In this document: positions 27,574-36,554 of the stretch, one piece after another | Layout: each line of letters begins with the position of its first letter | Position numbering within the stretch: position 1 is the first letter of the stretch | Virus record (IMG/VR): IMGVR_UViG_3300022227_000004 | Span: 1 to 52,162 of that record | Strand: one strand, 5' to 3' | DNA: 52,162 nt | From: a virus | Lineage: Duplodnaviria; Caudoviricetes | Program-made: the position numbers and the translations under genes | Notes under the pieces: generated by a model | Database searches by the model: none | What the model saw: the letters and a program-made list of their open reading frames with translations, nothing else | What the model was told of the DNA's origin: nothing

Positions 27574-29018
27574 TGAAACTAAAGGAAGCGGTTAGAATGT
27601 TAGGTGAAGGTGCCAGAGAAAAGGCAGCTGAAAAATTTCTATCTGACATGATTAACCGATCTCCATTTAAAGGAAAGGTTTTCATAGCAGGAGGTTATGT
27701 TAGAGATGAATTGATGGGAATAGATCCCAAAGATATCGATTTGGTTATTGAATTGCCAGATGGAGGTATCAAGTTTGCCGAGTGGGCTACTAAGAAGATG
27801 GGGAACTATAAAAAAGGATCAAACCCAGTCGTATACAAAAGATTCGGTACTGCTAAATTCAACCTAGCTGGAACATATAAAGGATTTGACCTTGGCGATA
27901 TAGAAATAGAATCAGTAATGTCAAGATCAGAACAATACTCTAAAGGGTCAAGAAAGCCCAAAGTACAATCAGGAACATTGAAACAAGATGTAGAAAGAAG
28001 AGATTTCACAGTCAATAGTTTATTGAAAAATCTCTCGACAGGTGAAATAGTAGATCTAACAGGACAAGGCAGAGCAGATCTAAAGAAGGGTGTTATCAAG
28101 ACACCATTAGATCCTGATGTCATTTTTACAGAAGATCCTCTTAGAATGCTTAGAGCTGTGCGTTTTACAGCAAAATATGGATGGCAACTTCCCTTGTTTA
28201 TGATCAAAGCTATGAAGAAGAATGCAGCTAAGATCAACAACATTTCAGATGAAAGAGTAAGGGAAGAGCTAGACAAAATGATTACAACAAAAAGTCCTAA
28301 GCAAGCCATAAAGATTCTAAAGGTTACAGGATTATTGAAATATGTTATGCCAGAACTTCAGGCTACGGTTGGTGTGTGGCAAAACAAACATCACGATAAG
28401 GATGTATTCAATCATATTCTGGATGTAGTTCAAGGAGTGCCTCCCGAACTACCAAGAAGATTGGCAGCTCTATTTCATGATATTGGTAAACCAACGGTTA
28501 AAAAGGTTATCGATAATGAAGCCAGGTTCTTTGGTCATGAAGATATAGGATCAGAGATTGCTGGTGAAATAATGAAACGTCTGAAATATCCCAATGCTGT
28601 TATCGATAGGATAAAGATTCTTGTTGCTAATCATATGAGATTGAAACAAACTGGCAGAAAGGGTGAAAAGGCAACAAGCAAACAGCTCAGAAAACTAAAG
28701 AGAGTAATGGGTGATCATTTAGAAGATCTATTGCATCTAATGGATTCCGACAATAGAGCACACGGTCCAAGCTCCTCTATGCCTGATCAGATAAAAGGAA
28801 TTAGAGGTAGATTGGATAAGCTATCCCAAGATACACCAAAAGATCTATCTAGCCTACCTATTTCAGGAAATGACATTAAAAATAGCTTTAAACTTAAGCC
28901 GGGTCCTATTTATAAGGACTTGTTGAACGCTGTTCAAGATGCGATTGACGAGAATCCGAAGTTGACTAAACGTCAGGCACTAATCATAGTTAGAGATAAA
29001 CTAAGAGAAACTAAATGA
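27573..29018 (+). CDS. cca: CCA tRNA nucleotidyltransferase with HD domain, carrying MKLKEA leader
   Basis: GGYVRD, DIDL, RRDFTVN, EDPLRMLR, ERVREEL, FHDIGK. Confidence 0.92.
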   Translation: MKLKEAVRMLGEGAREKAAEKFLSDMINRSPFKGKVFIAGGYVRDELMGIDPKDIDLVIELPDGGIKFAEWATKKMGNYKKGSNPVVYKRFGTAKFNLAGTYKGFDLGDIEIESVMSRSEQYSKGSRKPKVQSGTLKQDVERRDFTVNSLLKNLSTGEIVDLTGQGRADLKKGVIKTPLDPDVIFTEDPLRMLRAVRFTAKYGWQLPLFMIKAMKKNAAKINNISDERVREELDKMITTKSPKQAIKILKVTGLLKYVMPELQATVGVWQNKHHDKDVFNHILDVVQGVPPELPRRLAALFHDIGKPTVKKVIDNEARFFGHEDIGSEIAGEIMKRLKYPNAVIDRIKILVANHMRLKQTGRKGEKATSKQLRKLKRVMGDHLEDLLHLMDSDNRAHGPSSSMPDQIKGIRGRLDKLSQDTPKDLSSLPISGNDIKNSFKLKPGPIYKDLLNAVQDAIDENPKLTKRQALIIVRDKLRETK

Positions 29019-29095
29019 AATTAATTGAAGCAGCTATTACAGATGGATTTGGATCTTTCGAGGTGGGAGATAAACTCACTATTGAGGTCAGTTAA
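29015..29095 (+). CDS. 26-aa micro-ORF with MKLIEA leader
   Basis: manually translated MKLIEAAITDGFGSFEVGDKLTIEVS; exactly fills the gap between cca and next gene. Confidence 0.5.
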   Translation: MKLIEAAITDGFGSFEVGDKLTIEVS

Positions 29096-29584
29096 ATGAA
29101 TCTGTTAGTAGAGCGTATAGCTGACAATGGTGATTCAACACTTGGTGTTCTGTATGAAAAAGTATACATACACAAGGGTTATCATAAAGAATTACTAAGT
29201 TTCACAATAGAAGATGAAGCTAGAACCATAAAGGTTTATGGTGAAACAAGAATTCCCGAAGGCACATATACGATTCGTCTTAGAAATGAAGGTGGATTCC
29301 ATCAGAAATATTCAGCTAAATACAGTTCTATGCATAAAGGTATGTTATGGCTTCAAGATGTTCCTGGATTCGAATATGTTTTAATCCATACAGGAAATGA
29401 TGATGAAGATACAGCCGGCTGCTTATTAGTGGGCGATAAACTAGTTCAGAATGTAACAACAGCAGGATTTGTACAAGATTCTGTTAAAGCCTACAAGAGA
29501 ATCTATCCAAGAATTGCTCAAGCAATAATGGATGGCAATAAAGTAACGATTGAATATATTGATATAACTAAAAAACATTTCTAG
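29096..29584 (+). CDS. DUF5675-family peptidoglycan-active enzyme (putative endolysin)
   Basis: TIED, TRIPEGTY, IHTGNDDEDTAGCLLVG (His/Cys, L,D-transpeptidase-like). Confidence 0.75.
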   Translation: MNLLVERIADNGDSTLGVLYEKVYIHKGYHKELLSFTIEDEARTIKVYGETRIPEGTYTIRLRNEGGFHQKYSAKYSSMHKGMLWLQDVPGFEYVLIHTGNDDEDTAGCLLVGDKLVQNVTTAGFVQDSVKAYKRIYPRIAQAIMDGNKVTIEYIDITKKHF

Positions 29585-29595
29585 AAAGGCATACT

Positions 29596-30459
29596 GTGAA
29601 TATAGTGATGTTGTCCAATGATGAGTTTAGATTAAAATCGTTTATAAAATGGATGCCAGATGAAAATTTTGATGATTGTCATTTCTATATGGTTACTGAT
29701 GATAACAAATTTGATTTTGGTGACAGACTTAAAAAAATATTGAAAGAACAAGATAGAATAAAGCACTGGTCTATTCATACTATTAGCAATATAATCACAA
29801 TGTACAAACATCGCTATGGATTGAGCGAAGAGGCGGAAAAACTAATAGAAAAAACAAAATGTGTTCTCATCAAACCGTTACTGTTAGGGTATTTCAACAA
29901 AATGCCGGGCTTAAGTAAATTCATGTACATCGATGATGATGTTCTATTCATAAAGAATATCAGAGAAATGTACAACAAATACGATAACTGTATTACCTGT
30001 ATGGGAAGAAAGTGTGCCTTACCAGAAAAGGATTCGTATATCTTAGATGATTTGAATGAAATAATGGGTTCAAGCATTACATTAGAAAATTTAAAGCAAA
30101 ACGGAGTTAATGCAGGCGTAGTCATATTGACTAGAAGCGATGACAAATTGATGGATTATGCTATAAAATTCATCGATGGAGAATCCGTTAAGAAGAAATT
30201 ATCAGGAAGAACGCGGTCAGGCGTATTAGATGAAAGGTTCTTATCAGCATTCTTCTTAAAAATAAATGGTTCAAGTTTCATTTGGCCCAAAGAAATAAGA
30301 TTAGAAGATAGAAGGAAACCTATTGCAGATAGACTTACTGCTAGAAACTTTTTCCACATGAACGTAGACGTTAACTATAAGAGATTGGTTGACTGCTACG
30401 AGTACAATGAAGAGAAAGATAGCGTCGTTAGAATAAGAGAAGATATCGTAATAGATTAA
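29596..30459 (+). CDS. GT-A fold glycosyltransferase (GT8-like)
   Basis: FMYIDDDVLF (DxD), VNAGVVIL, DE and FFH motifs. Confidence 0.6.
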   Translation: MNIVMLSNDEFRLKSFIKWMPDENFDDCHFYMVTDDNKFDFGDRLKKILKEQDRIKHWSIHTISNIITMYKHRYGLSEEAEKLIEKTKCVLIKPLLLGYFNKMPGLSKFMYIDDDVLFIKNIREMYNKYDNCITCMGRKCALPEKDSYILDDLNEIMGSSITLENLKQNGVNAGVVILTRSDDKLMDYAIKFIDGESVKKKLSGRTRSGVLDERFLSAFFLKINGSSFIWPKEIRLEDRRKPIADRLTARNFFHMNVDVNYKRLVDCYEYNEEKDSVVRIREDIVID

Positions 30460-30478
30460 CAGCAAAGAATTTCTAAGT

Positions 30479-30486
30479 ATATTTAT
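30479..30486 (+). promoter_or_regulatory. candidate late-promoter motif ATATTTAT
   Basis: intergenic, upstream of 30520 ORF. Confidence 0.45.
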
Positions 30487-30519
30487 TAATAAATGTGTAG
30501 TTAAATGTGGAGAAAATGA

Positions 30520-30945
30520 ATGGCACTACCTGATTACGAACATGTCTCACTAGGTGCAACGGGCGGAACAACCGCTGCAGTTACCAACCGCGTTGCTCTT
30601 GACTCAAACGCCTGGTCTATAACAGTGCCGATTGGTTTTACAGCTAGTGAGATAAACATACAAGTTAACAACCATAGAGCAATTGATCCCTCCTCGGCCA
30701 ATAGAAGATTGCTACCACGAGATTTTGCACTCAAATCAATTGCCGCAGCTAAAGATAGTTCAATATCTGCAGATGTATTAGATCCTGACTTCAATGATAA
30801 ATGGGTCGTATTAAGTAATTTAACTTCATCAGCTTATGAAGGAACAGGAAGATTTAGATGGATGAGATTGGCTGCAGCTGATGCGGATGAATGGTTACAA
30901 CAAACATTTGAAGCTTATGTTTCTAGACATCACGATTCTAAATAA
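30520..30945 (+). CDS. hypothetical (possibly virion) protein
   Basis: GGAG RBS, Ala/Thr/Ser-rich, downstream of promoter-like motif. Confidence 0.6.
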   Translation: MALPDYEHVSLGATGGTTAAVTNRVALDSNAWSITVPIGFTASEINIQVNNHRAIDPSSANRRLLPRDFALKSIAAAKDSSISADVLDPDFNDKWVVLSNLTSSAYEGTGRFRWMRLAAADADEWLQQTFEAYVSRHHDSK

Positions 30946-30960
30946 TATAAGAGTTTATGA

Positions 30961-31098
30961 ATGAAAATTAAAGAAGCAAGACTTAATGAGAGAGATACAA
31001 TCCCCGGCAATGCTATGAAACATGTCGAGGACTGTATGGATCCTATTCGATCAGCTATAGATTTGATGCGAAGGGAAAAAATGCAAAGGACATTTTGA
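30961..31098 (+). CDS. 45-aa ORF with MKIKEA leader (possibly truncated)
   Basis: manually translated MKIKEARLNERDTIPG... Confidence 0.45.
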   Translation: MKIKEARLNERDTIPGNAMKHVEDCMDPIRSAIDLMRREKMQRTF

Positions 31099-31195
31099 AG
31101 AGATTGCGGAGAATCGATAAAGATTTAGATGAAGTGTTTTATAAACTTCAAGATATAACTTCAGATTGGCCTAGTTAAATATAAAGCGAGGTAAT

Positions 31196-31516
31196 ATGGC
31201 AGAAGAAGAAAGTTTGTATAACCCTAGTAAGCATGTAGGAGTTCATCCAGAAACAGGAATTCCTTTGGTAAGAGCAAAACATAAATGGGTTAAACCAAAA
31301 TCATCAGGACCGGTCAAGCAGGAGTTTAAGCCTCTTAGGCCCTTCTTTTGTGATTGTAAAGATCCAGAAACTGGTGAAGAATGTGGAGGTATGATGAGAA
31401 CATGGGATGATATGTTCTATATGCAGTATGGAATGTGTGAAAAATGCTATCTCAAGTATAATCCACAGCTTAAAGAGATTGAAGAAGAGCTGGACAATAA
31501 AAATGAGGAAGTTTAA
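31196..31516 (+). CDS. Cys-rich hypothetical protein
   Basis: PFFCDC...C...CEKC; GAGG RBS. Confidence 0.65.
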   Translation: MAEEESLYNPSKHVGVHPETGIPLVRAKHKWVKPKSSGPVKQEFKPLRPFFCDCKDPETGEECGGMMRTWDDMFYMQYGMCEKCYLKYNPQLKEIEEELDNKNEEV

Positions 31517-31564
31517 TAAGCTAACTCAATTGCTTATAACAGATTGTAATCACAGAGAAACTGA

Positions 31565-31798
31565 ATGAAAATTAAAAGATCAGATATTGAAGCTGTTGTT
31601 AAAGAAGTATTGCAAGAAATGGAAGCTAAGGTAAAGAAAGGTGATTATTTTAATCACGAAGGTGAGACTTGGGTAGTTGTTACTCCTGGTACTACTGAAT
31701 CCAGAGTCGCCGTTGCAACGGGGATGGGAACGTGGCGGGAAAAAGGTATCCAGGACAACAAGATCATAGTAAAAAATAGAACAACAAGCATGAAATAA
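31565..31798 (+). CDS. hypothetical protein with MKIKRS..EVLxE leader
   Basis: N-terminal 18 aa closely match ORF 51582..51785. Confidence 0.6.
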   Translation: MKIKRSDIEAVVKEVLQEMEAKVKKGDYFNHEGETWVVVTPGTTESRVAVATGMGTWREKGIQDNKIIVKNRTTSMK

Positions 31799-31810
31799 TG
31801 GAGACAATAA

Positions 31811-32239
31811 ATGTCAGATGTATATACACTTTCACCAAATAGGGTGGATCAAAACACAAGAGTTAGAAATGCAATGGAATGTATTGCTAACTATATAAAT
31901 CTGATCCCTGAAATGAATGTTAACTTCATTGCTGACTCATTCACTCTATCGACACAAAAGTATGGAGCAGTAAATGACCATTTATTCTCCGCTAATTGTC
32001 AAGAAGAGATGGATACGATTGCAAAGAATTTAGAAACTTATCTCAGAGATGAAGATTTCAAAAGCGTAAGTGTCAAACCAGCTGAAGATCATGGTGATGG
32101 TAAATCAGATTTTGATACAGGTGGCTACTTCGATTTAACTCCAATGGGATGGGGTTCAGGTGTTCATTCTGGAATCAATTCAGGAAGACCAGTGCTTTAT
32201 ACAGTTAAAGCAACTTATGATTATTCAGTAAAACTTTAG
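31811..32239 (+). CDS. hypothetical protein
   Basis: GGAG RBS, 142 aa. Confidence 0.65.
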   Translation: MSDVYTLSPNRVDQNTRVRNAMECIANYINLIPEMNVNFIADSFTLSTQKYGAVNDHLFSANCQEEMDTIAKNLETYLRDEDFKSVSVKPAEDHGDGKSDFDTGGYFDLTPMGWGSGVHSGINSGRPVLYTVKATYDYSVKL

Positions 32240-32383
32240 AGAAAGCATTTGACTGATGCGCTATTGATAAAAAGTATAAAAGCAATGCTATACGCATTGC
32301 ATTTAAAAGTGCCTCCTTATGTGATCACACAAATAATGAACAAGGTAGCACCGATTATACAGCCATTGATGGAGAATAAAGGA

Positions 32384-32677
32384 ATGAAACTAAAAAACAT
32401 ACTAACAGAAGACATAGCAGATGATAAATGGATTCACCAATTTGGTAATTATCTAGATGCTAGTGATATGTCTAAAATGAAAGATGATAGCCATACACAA
32501 GTCTGGGAATTTTATATAGATGATATCGATCCCAATGAACCAGTAATAATAAACTTTTACAACTACAGTGGTTGGGAAGCTACATTCAAAGGAAAGCAGT
32601 TTGCAAAAGGATCAACTGCAAATAGACCACAAGTTGAAGCTAAGATATTAAAAAAATATATGGCTAAAATGAGATAA
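32384..32677 (+). CDS. hypothetical protein with MKLKNILTE leader
   Basis: within ORF 32249..32677; GGAGAATAAAGGA precedes the ATG at 32384. Confidence 0.55.
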   Translation: MKLKNILTEDIADDKWIHQFGNYLDASDMSKMKDDSHTQVWEFYIDDIDPNEPVIINFYNYSGWEATFKGKQFAKGSTANRPQVEAKILKKYMAKMR

Positions 32678-32680
32678 AAT

Positions 32681-32884
32681 ATGAAATTGAAATCAGCAAT
32701 GAATGAAGAAGAGTGGGGAGTTTTCTCATCTGGCGGATCGATTGGGAATAAAAGTGGTGGCAAGCCAATTGCAACTGGAAGTAAAGAAGATATGCAGGCT
32801 AAAGCCAAAAGAATGACTAAGTCATTATCGCCTGGTGAAAAGAAATATTACAAAATGAAATATTCAGCTAGAGCAATAAAGTGA
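32681..32884 (+). CDS. small protein with MKLKSAMNE leader
   Basis: part of tandem leader array. Confidence 0.6.
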   Translation: MKLKSAMNEEEWGVFSSGGSIGNKSGGKPIATGSKEDMQAKAKRMTKSLSPGEKKYYKMKYSARAIK

Positions 32885-33054
32885 AACTAAGAGAAGCCAT
32901 CACTATCAATGTCAAAGTTGGCGATACTATTCTTACAGGAAAATTTAAGAACAAGAAAACTGTGATCAAAACAATTTCAACTGATGAACACGGAATGCCT
33001 GTGATCAATGGTAGAAAAGCAGCTACATTCCGAATAATGAGAGATAAAGAATGA
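32881..33054 (+). CDS. 57-aa protein with MKLREA leader
   Basis: manually translated from GTG: MKLREAITINVKVGDTILTGKFKNKK...; overlaps both neighbours by 4 nt. Confidence 0.65.
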   Translation: MKLREAITINVKVGDTILTGKFKNKKTVIKTISTDEHGMPVINGRKAATFRIMRDKE

Positions 33055-33350
33055 AACTAAAAGATACTAATGTAATCGAAGAAGGAATTGTAGATACTCT
33101 TCTAAAGAAGATGGGTATTAGAAAAGAAACAAATATGCAAAAAGCCATAAATCTAGTAAAGAAAAGTATAGAACGAAAAGGATCAATGGCTTCAGAGGAA
33201 TATGCAAACCAAGTTTCTGAGAAGTTTGGCTTAGAATTAGGTATGGATGGATTAGTGCGATTGGCTTTGGCTAGTATGATAGATGATTTAAAAAATGATC
33301 CAGGCCCTAGTCATCTTGACAGACGTTATTAAGAGAGATAAAGAATGAAA
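33039..33350. repeat. exact 18-bp direct repeats GAGAGATAAAGAATGAAA flanking ORF 33051..33332
   Basis: copies at 33039-33056 and 33333-33350, each spanning RBS region plus ATG AAA. Confidence 0.85.
33051..33332 (+). CDS. small protein with MKLKDTNVIEE leader
   Basis: part of tandem leader array. Confidence 0.6.
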   Translation: MKLKDTNVIEEGIVDTLLKKMGIRKETNMQKAINLVKKSIERKGSMASEEYANQVSEKFGLELGMDGLVRLALASMIDDLKNDPGPSHLDRRY

Positions 33351-33497
33351 TTAAACGAAGCTAATGAAATGAACAAGTTAGATGAAGCTATCAGAAATTT
33401 AACTGATTATATTAATTCGTTAAACCGATCAGGAAAAAATCCTAAAAATATTCTTAAGTCTTATGTGTTGCCAGAACTTGAACGACTAGTTAGATGA
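33345..33497 (+). CDS. 50-aa protein with MKLNEA leader
   Basis: manually translated MKLNEANEMNKLDEAIRNL...; ATGA overlap with next gene. Confidence 0.6.
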   Translation: MKLNEANEMNKLDEAIRNLTDYINSLNRSGKNPKNILKSYVLPELERLVR

Positions 33498-33715
33498 AGT
33501 TAAGAGAATCTATGAAGCGTTCTTATAGATTAGCTGCAGGAAGTAATGATAAAATCATAGTCTATGGAGCAACATCAAAAGATACAGCAGCATTACAAGA
33601 TGAACTAGGACCAAATGTAGGAAATGCAGGAATAAAAGTGGTTATAAAGACTGACAAATATAATTTAGAAAGATCATTTCAAGCCTTAGACGATCTAGGG
33701 TTTATGAGAGAATAA
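33494..33715 (+). CDS. small protein with MKLRES leader
   Basis: part of tandem leader array. Confidence 0.6.
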   Translation: MKLRESMKRSYRLAAGSNDKIIVYGATSKDTAALQDELGPNVGNAGIKVVIKTDKYNLERSFQALDDLGFMRE

Positions 33716-33716
33716 A

Positions 33717-33938
33717 ATGCGATTAAGAGAAGCTGATAAAGATAGAATATATCTTAAATCTAAGAATCCTGATGAAATGAAAGCAATGAAAAGAGGAATT
33801 GCATTGCGTAAAGTGCACACCGATATTGGGAAATTGAAATCAGAAATTGAATATCTTCAAAGATCAATAGGCCGGGATGGTTATACACCCGATGTAAAAA
33901 AATTTATACGAAATATTAAAACATATAAAAAAAGCTAG
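33717..33938 (+). CDS. small protein with MRLREA leader
   Basis: part of tandem leader array. Confidence 0.6.
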   Translation: MRLREADKDRIYLKSKNPDEMKAMKRGIALRKVHTDIGKLKSEIEYLQRSIGRDGYTPDVKKFIRNIKTYKKS

Positions 33939-33953
33939 TGAAATATCCGAAAG

Positions 33954-35324
33954 ATGGACAAAACGATAAAGAGAGGGCATATTGTGGATTTAAGTATTGA
34001 GAACGTAGAACGTTGTCTTAACTATAAGAATGCAGAAGAAAGGGATGTAGTAAAGCAGTATTTTACAAATCCATCACAAGTAGATAGAACAAAGAAAACT
34101 ATAGTATTTAGCACACCTTCAGAAACAGGAACAAGTTTCTTTAGAGTTTTTGAACCCATGAGGGTTATGTGGAAACACCATAGGGATGAAGCAAATTTCA
34201 TTTACACCGAGGGAATTCAACCCAATCATTTGAAATTAGCTGACCTCACAATTCAGCATAGAGCTGGTAATTTACATTCACATTTCTTATCTGTTTCACA
34301 GATGTGGCCAAAGACCGAAACCAAGCCTTTGATTGCTCACGATGTAGATGATAATGAATTCAACTTGCCAAGAACTCATCCAATGAGAGACTTATGGTAT
34401 ATGTCTGGTAAAGATAAAATGTCTATCCAGGCTCTTAAGCAATCCGATTTTGTTATGACGACAGGTCAAAAGCTTAGGAAAACATTCAAGCTAATGAATA
34501 ATGATGTACACATAGTTAGAAATATGTTTGATTGGGATTTGCCACAATGGAATCTCAAACATGATGATGTAAGAAATGAGATGCTTCCTCAATGGAAGAA
34601 TGTTCAAGACAAAATAATAGTTGGTTGGGCAGGTCTCACATCTCATTTCGAAGACTTAAAGAGAATGCATAGATCGTTAAAGGTTATTCATGATAAATAC
34701 CCGAATACGCATTTTGTTTTAGCAGGAATGGCATTAAAAGATTCAGCTGTTGAAGTACAATACAATGACAAAGGCGAGCCTGAATTCAAATCAAAAGAAA
34801 TAGAAGATGAAAATCTTCTATACAAGAATAGAGTAAAGAATCTCTATGGTGATTTTGATTCTAATAGACTGGCAATATTTGATGCTCTTCCTTTAGAGGA
34901 ATATGGAAAATTCTATTCATTGTTTGATATTTCATTAGCTTATATTGAACACAATGCATTTAATTCTTGTAAGTCAGAAATCAAGGTTATCGAATCGCTA
35001 AGATATAATGCAGTTCCCATATTTAGCCATTATGGGGGCTACAAAGATTACTGGCATGATATAGTTCCTAAGAATATTCAGCACAAATACCTGGCCATTG
35101 ATTCAATGATGCCAAAGAGATGGACAGAAGCTGTTGAATATTGGGTAAAGAAATTCGAAGAAGATAGAGAGTATGTGAAGAAAGTAATTGATCCAATTGC
35201 TAAATTCACTTGTGACTATTACGATATGAATGAAAATGCTGAAGATAGGATATTCTTTCTATTAGAAAAAGCTGAAGAACATGAGGAAAACGAAGTTAAC
35301 CGCATCGCTAAAAACTATGGATAA
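33954..35324 (+). CDS. GT-B fold glycosyltransferase (GT4-like)
   Basis: FFRVFEP, HDVDD, IVGWAG...SH.EDL, FDISLA...FNSCKSEIKVIES. Confidence 0.75.
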   Translation: MDKTIKRGHIVDLSIENVERCLNYKNAEERDVVKQYFTNPSQVDRTKKTIVFSTPSETGTSFFRVFEPMRVMWKHHRDEANFIYTEGIQPNHLKLADLTIQHRAGNLHSHFLSVSQMWPKTETKPLIAHDVDDNEFNLPRTHPMRDLWYMSGKDKMSIQALKQSDFVMTTGQKLRKTFKLMNNDVHIVRNMFDWDLPQWNLKHDDVRNEMLPQWKNVQDKIIVGWAGLTSHFEDLKRMHRSLKVIHDKYPNTHFVLAGMALKDSAVEVQYNDKGEPEFKSKEIEDENLLYKNRVKNLYGDFDSNRLAIFDALPLEEYGKFYSLFDISLAYIEHNAFNSCKSEIKVIESLRYNAVPIFSHYGGYKDYWHDIVPKNIQHKYLAIDSMMPKRWTEAVEYWVKKFEEDREYVKKVIDPIAKFTCDYYDMNENAEDRIFFLLEKAEEHEENEVNRIAKNYG

Positions 35325-35330
35325 AATCAA

Positions 35331-35597
35331 ATGGCTGAGATTAAATTGTGGGACGATTTATTTAATGTAAGAAGAGAAGGAACTGCAGGTCATCTAGATA
35401 TTAATTGGGTATTAGCAGATATAGGTGTGAATGAAACTATGCTTGTTCTTCCTGAAGATATAGATGGAGAATCACTTCAATTCATATATAATGCAGTAGG
35501 ATCTGGTCATACATTTTCTCATTCAACAAAGCAACATTATGTAGCCATTTCTCATAGAATGGATGATGTGATTGAAGAAGCAATTAATAAAGCTTAA
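35331..35597 (+). CDS. hypothetical protein
   Basis: 88-aa ORF in operon. Confidence 0.55.
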   Translation: MAEIKLWDDLFNVRREGTAGHLDINWVLADIGVNETMLVLPEDIDGESLQFIYNAVGSGHTFSHSTKQHYVAISHRMDDVIEEAINKA

Positions 35598-35609
35598 TGG
35601 AGACAAGAA

Positions 35610-35909
35610 TTGGAAAACTTTAGTGCACGACTTCGAGAAATCATCAAAGAAGTTATGGCGAAATATGGAATAGAAGAAGGCAAGCGTAAAAACATTGTTG
35701 TTAGAGGTGGAAAGAGAGTAAAAAAGTTTACAGCTGACACTGGACAAAAGATGAAAGGTGGGAAAGCCGTTAGAATGGGTGCAGCCGAAAAGGTTAACAG
35801 AAAAAGAGGTTCTCGACATGCTGCTTTAAAGAAGAAAGGAAAGCAAAGTAGAATTTCAAAGAAGAGAAAAAAATCGATGAAACGTAGAAAACAATTCGGG
35901 CTACACTAG
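35610..35909 (+). CDS. highly basic T4 gp68-like prohead core protein
   Basis: C-terminus KKRKKSMKRRKQFGL resembles the gp68 RKRKKALKRRKALGL tail; N-terminal IEE site. Confidence 0.6.
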   Translation: MENFSARLREIIKEVMAKYGIEEGKRKNIVVRGGKRVKKFTADTGQKMKGGKAVRMGAAEKVNRKRGSRHAALKKKGKQSRISKKRKKSMKRRKQFGLH

Positions 35910-35920
35910 GAGAAATAAAG

Positions 35921-36079
35921 ATGTTAATTTGTCATGTATGTGAAGGTAAGAAGCTGTTGAAGACTTTACAAGAGGTTATAGTATGCCCTTCTTGTCAAGG
36001 AACAGGACAAGTTGTAAAGAAAAACGAGAACAATGAGAGCGATAATAAAAACAAGGAACTCTTGCTTGAAATTGTTTAA
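35921..36079 (+). CDS. 52-aa DnaJ-type Zn-finger protein
   Basis: manually translated: CHVCEG...CPSCQGTG; AGGAG RBS. Confidence 0.6.
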   Translation: MLICHVCEGKKLLKTLQEVIVCPSCQGTGQVVKKNENNESDNKNKELLLEIV

Positions 36080-36090
36080 AAGTTAATAAA

Positions 36091-36121
36091 ATTGTATTAA
36101 TATATCAATACTTAATACAAT
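36091..36121. repeat. perfect 10-bp inverted repeat ATTGTATTAA-N11-TTAATACAAT
   Basis: intergenic, read directly; operator or hairpin. Confidence 0.6.
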
Positions 36122-36177
36122 AATTGAATAAGTAAATCGATGCGGTAGACTGCTAGAATGGTAATGGGTGCGTCTGA

Positions 36178-36537
36178 TTGTTTTCTTTTATTATAATAAA
36201 GGAAAATAATATGTGGACATGTCCTAAATACGAATATTATAGCTCTAGAGCTGGGCACATAAAAGTAGACAGAAAGTGGGAACTTATCTTCGCAGAATAT
36301 CTAGATGAATTAGGTGTTAGATGGGAAAGAAACAAGCCAAGGTTTCCATATATTAATCTAAAAAATAGAGAATCTACCTATTGTCCAGTTTTTTTTGTAT
36401 ACGACTGGAACGAGCATATAGAAATAAAAGGATATAAAACAGAATTAGATGAGTGTAAATGGAGACAATTTCCGGTTGAAGAAAAATTATCAGTGTGGCA
36501 TAAAAAAGACTTAAAAAGAATTAATATAATCAAATAA
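36178..36537 (+). mobile_element. PD-(D/E)XK endonuclease gene, probably inactivated
   Basis: WE..FAEYLD, YCPVF (usually YxPDF), IEIKGY; likely ATG start at 36211. Confidence 0.6.
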
Positions 36538-36554
36538 AAAAGCTGTATCGCTGA

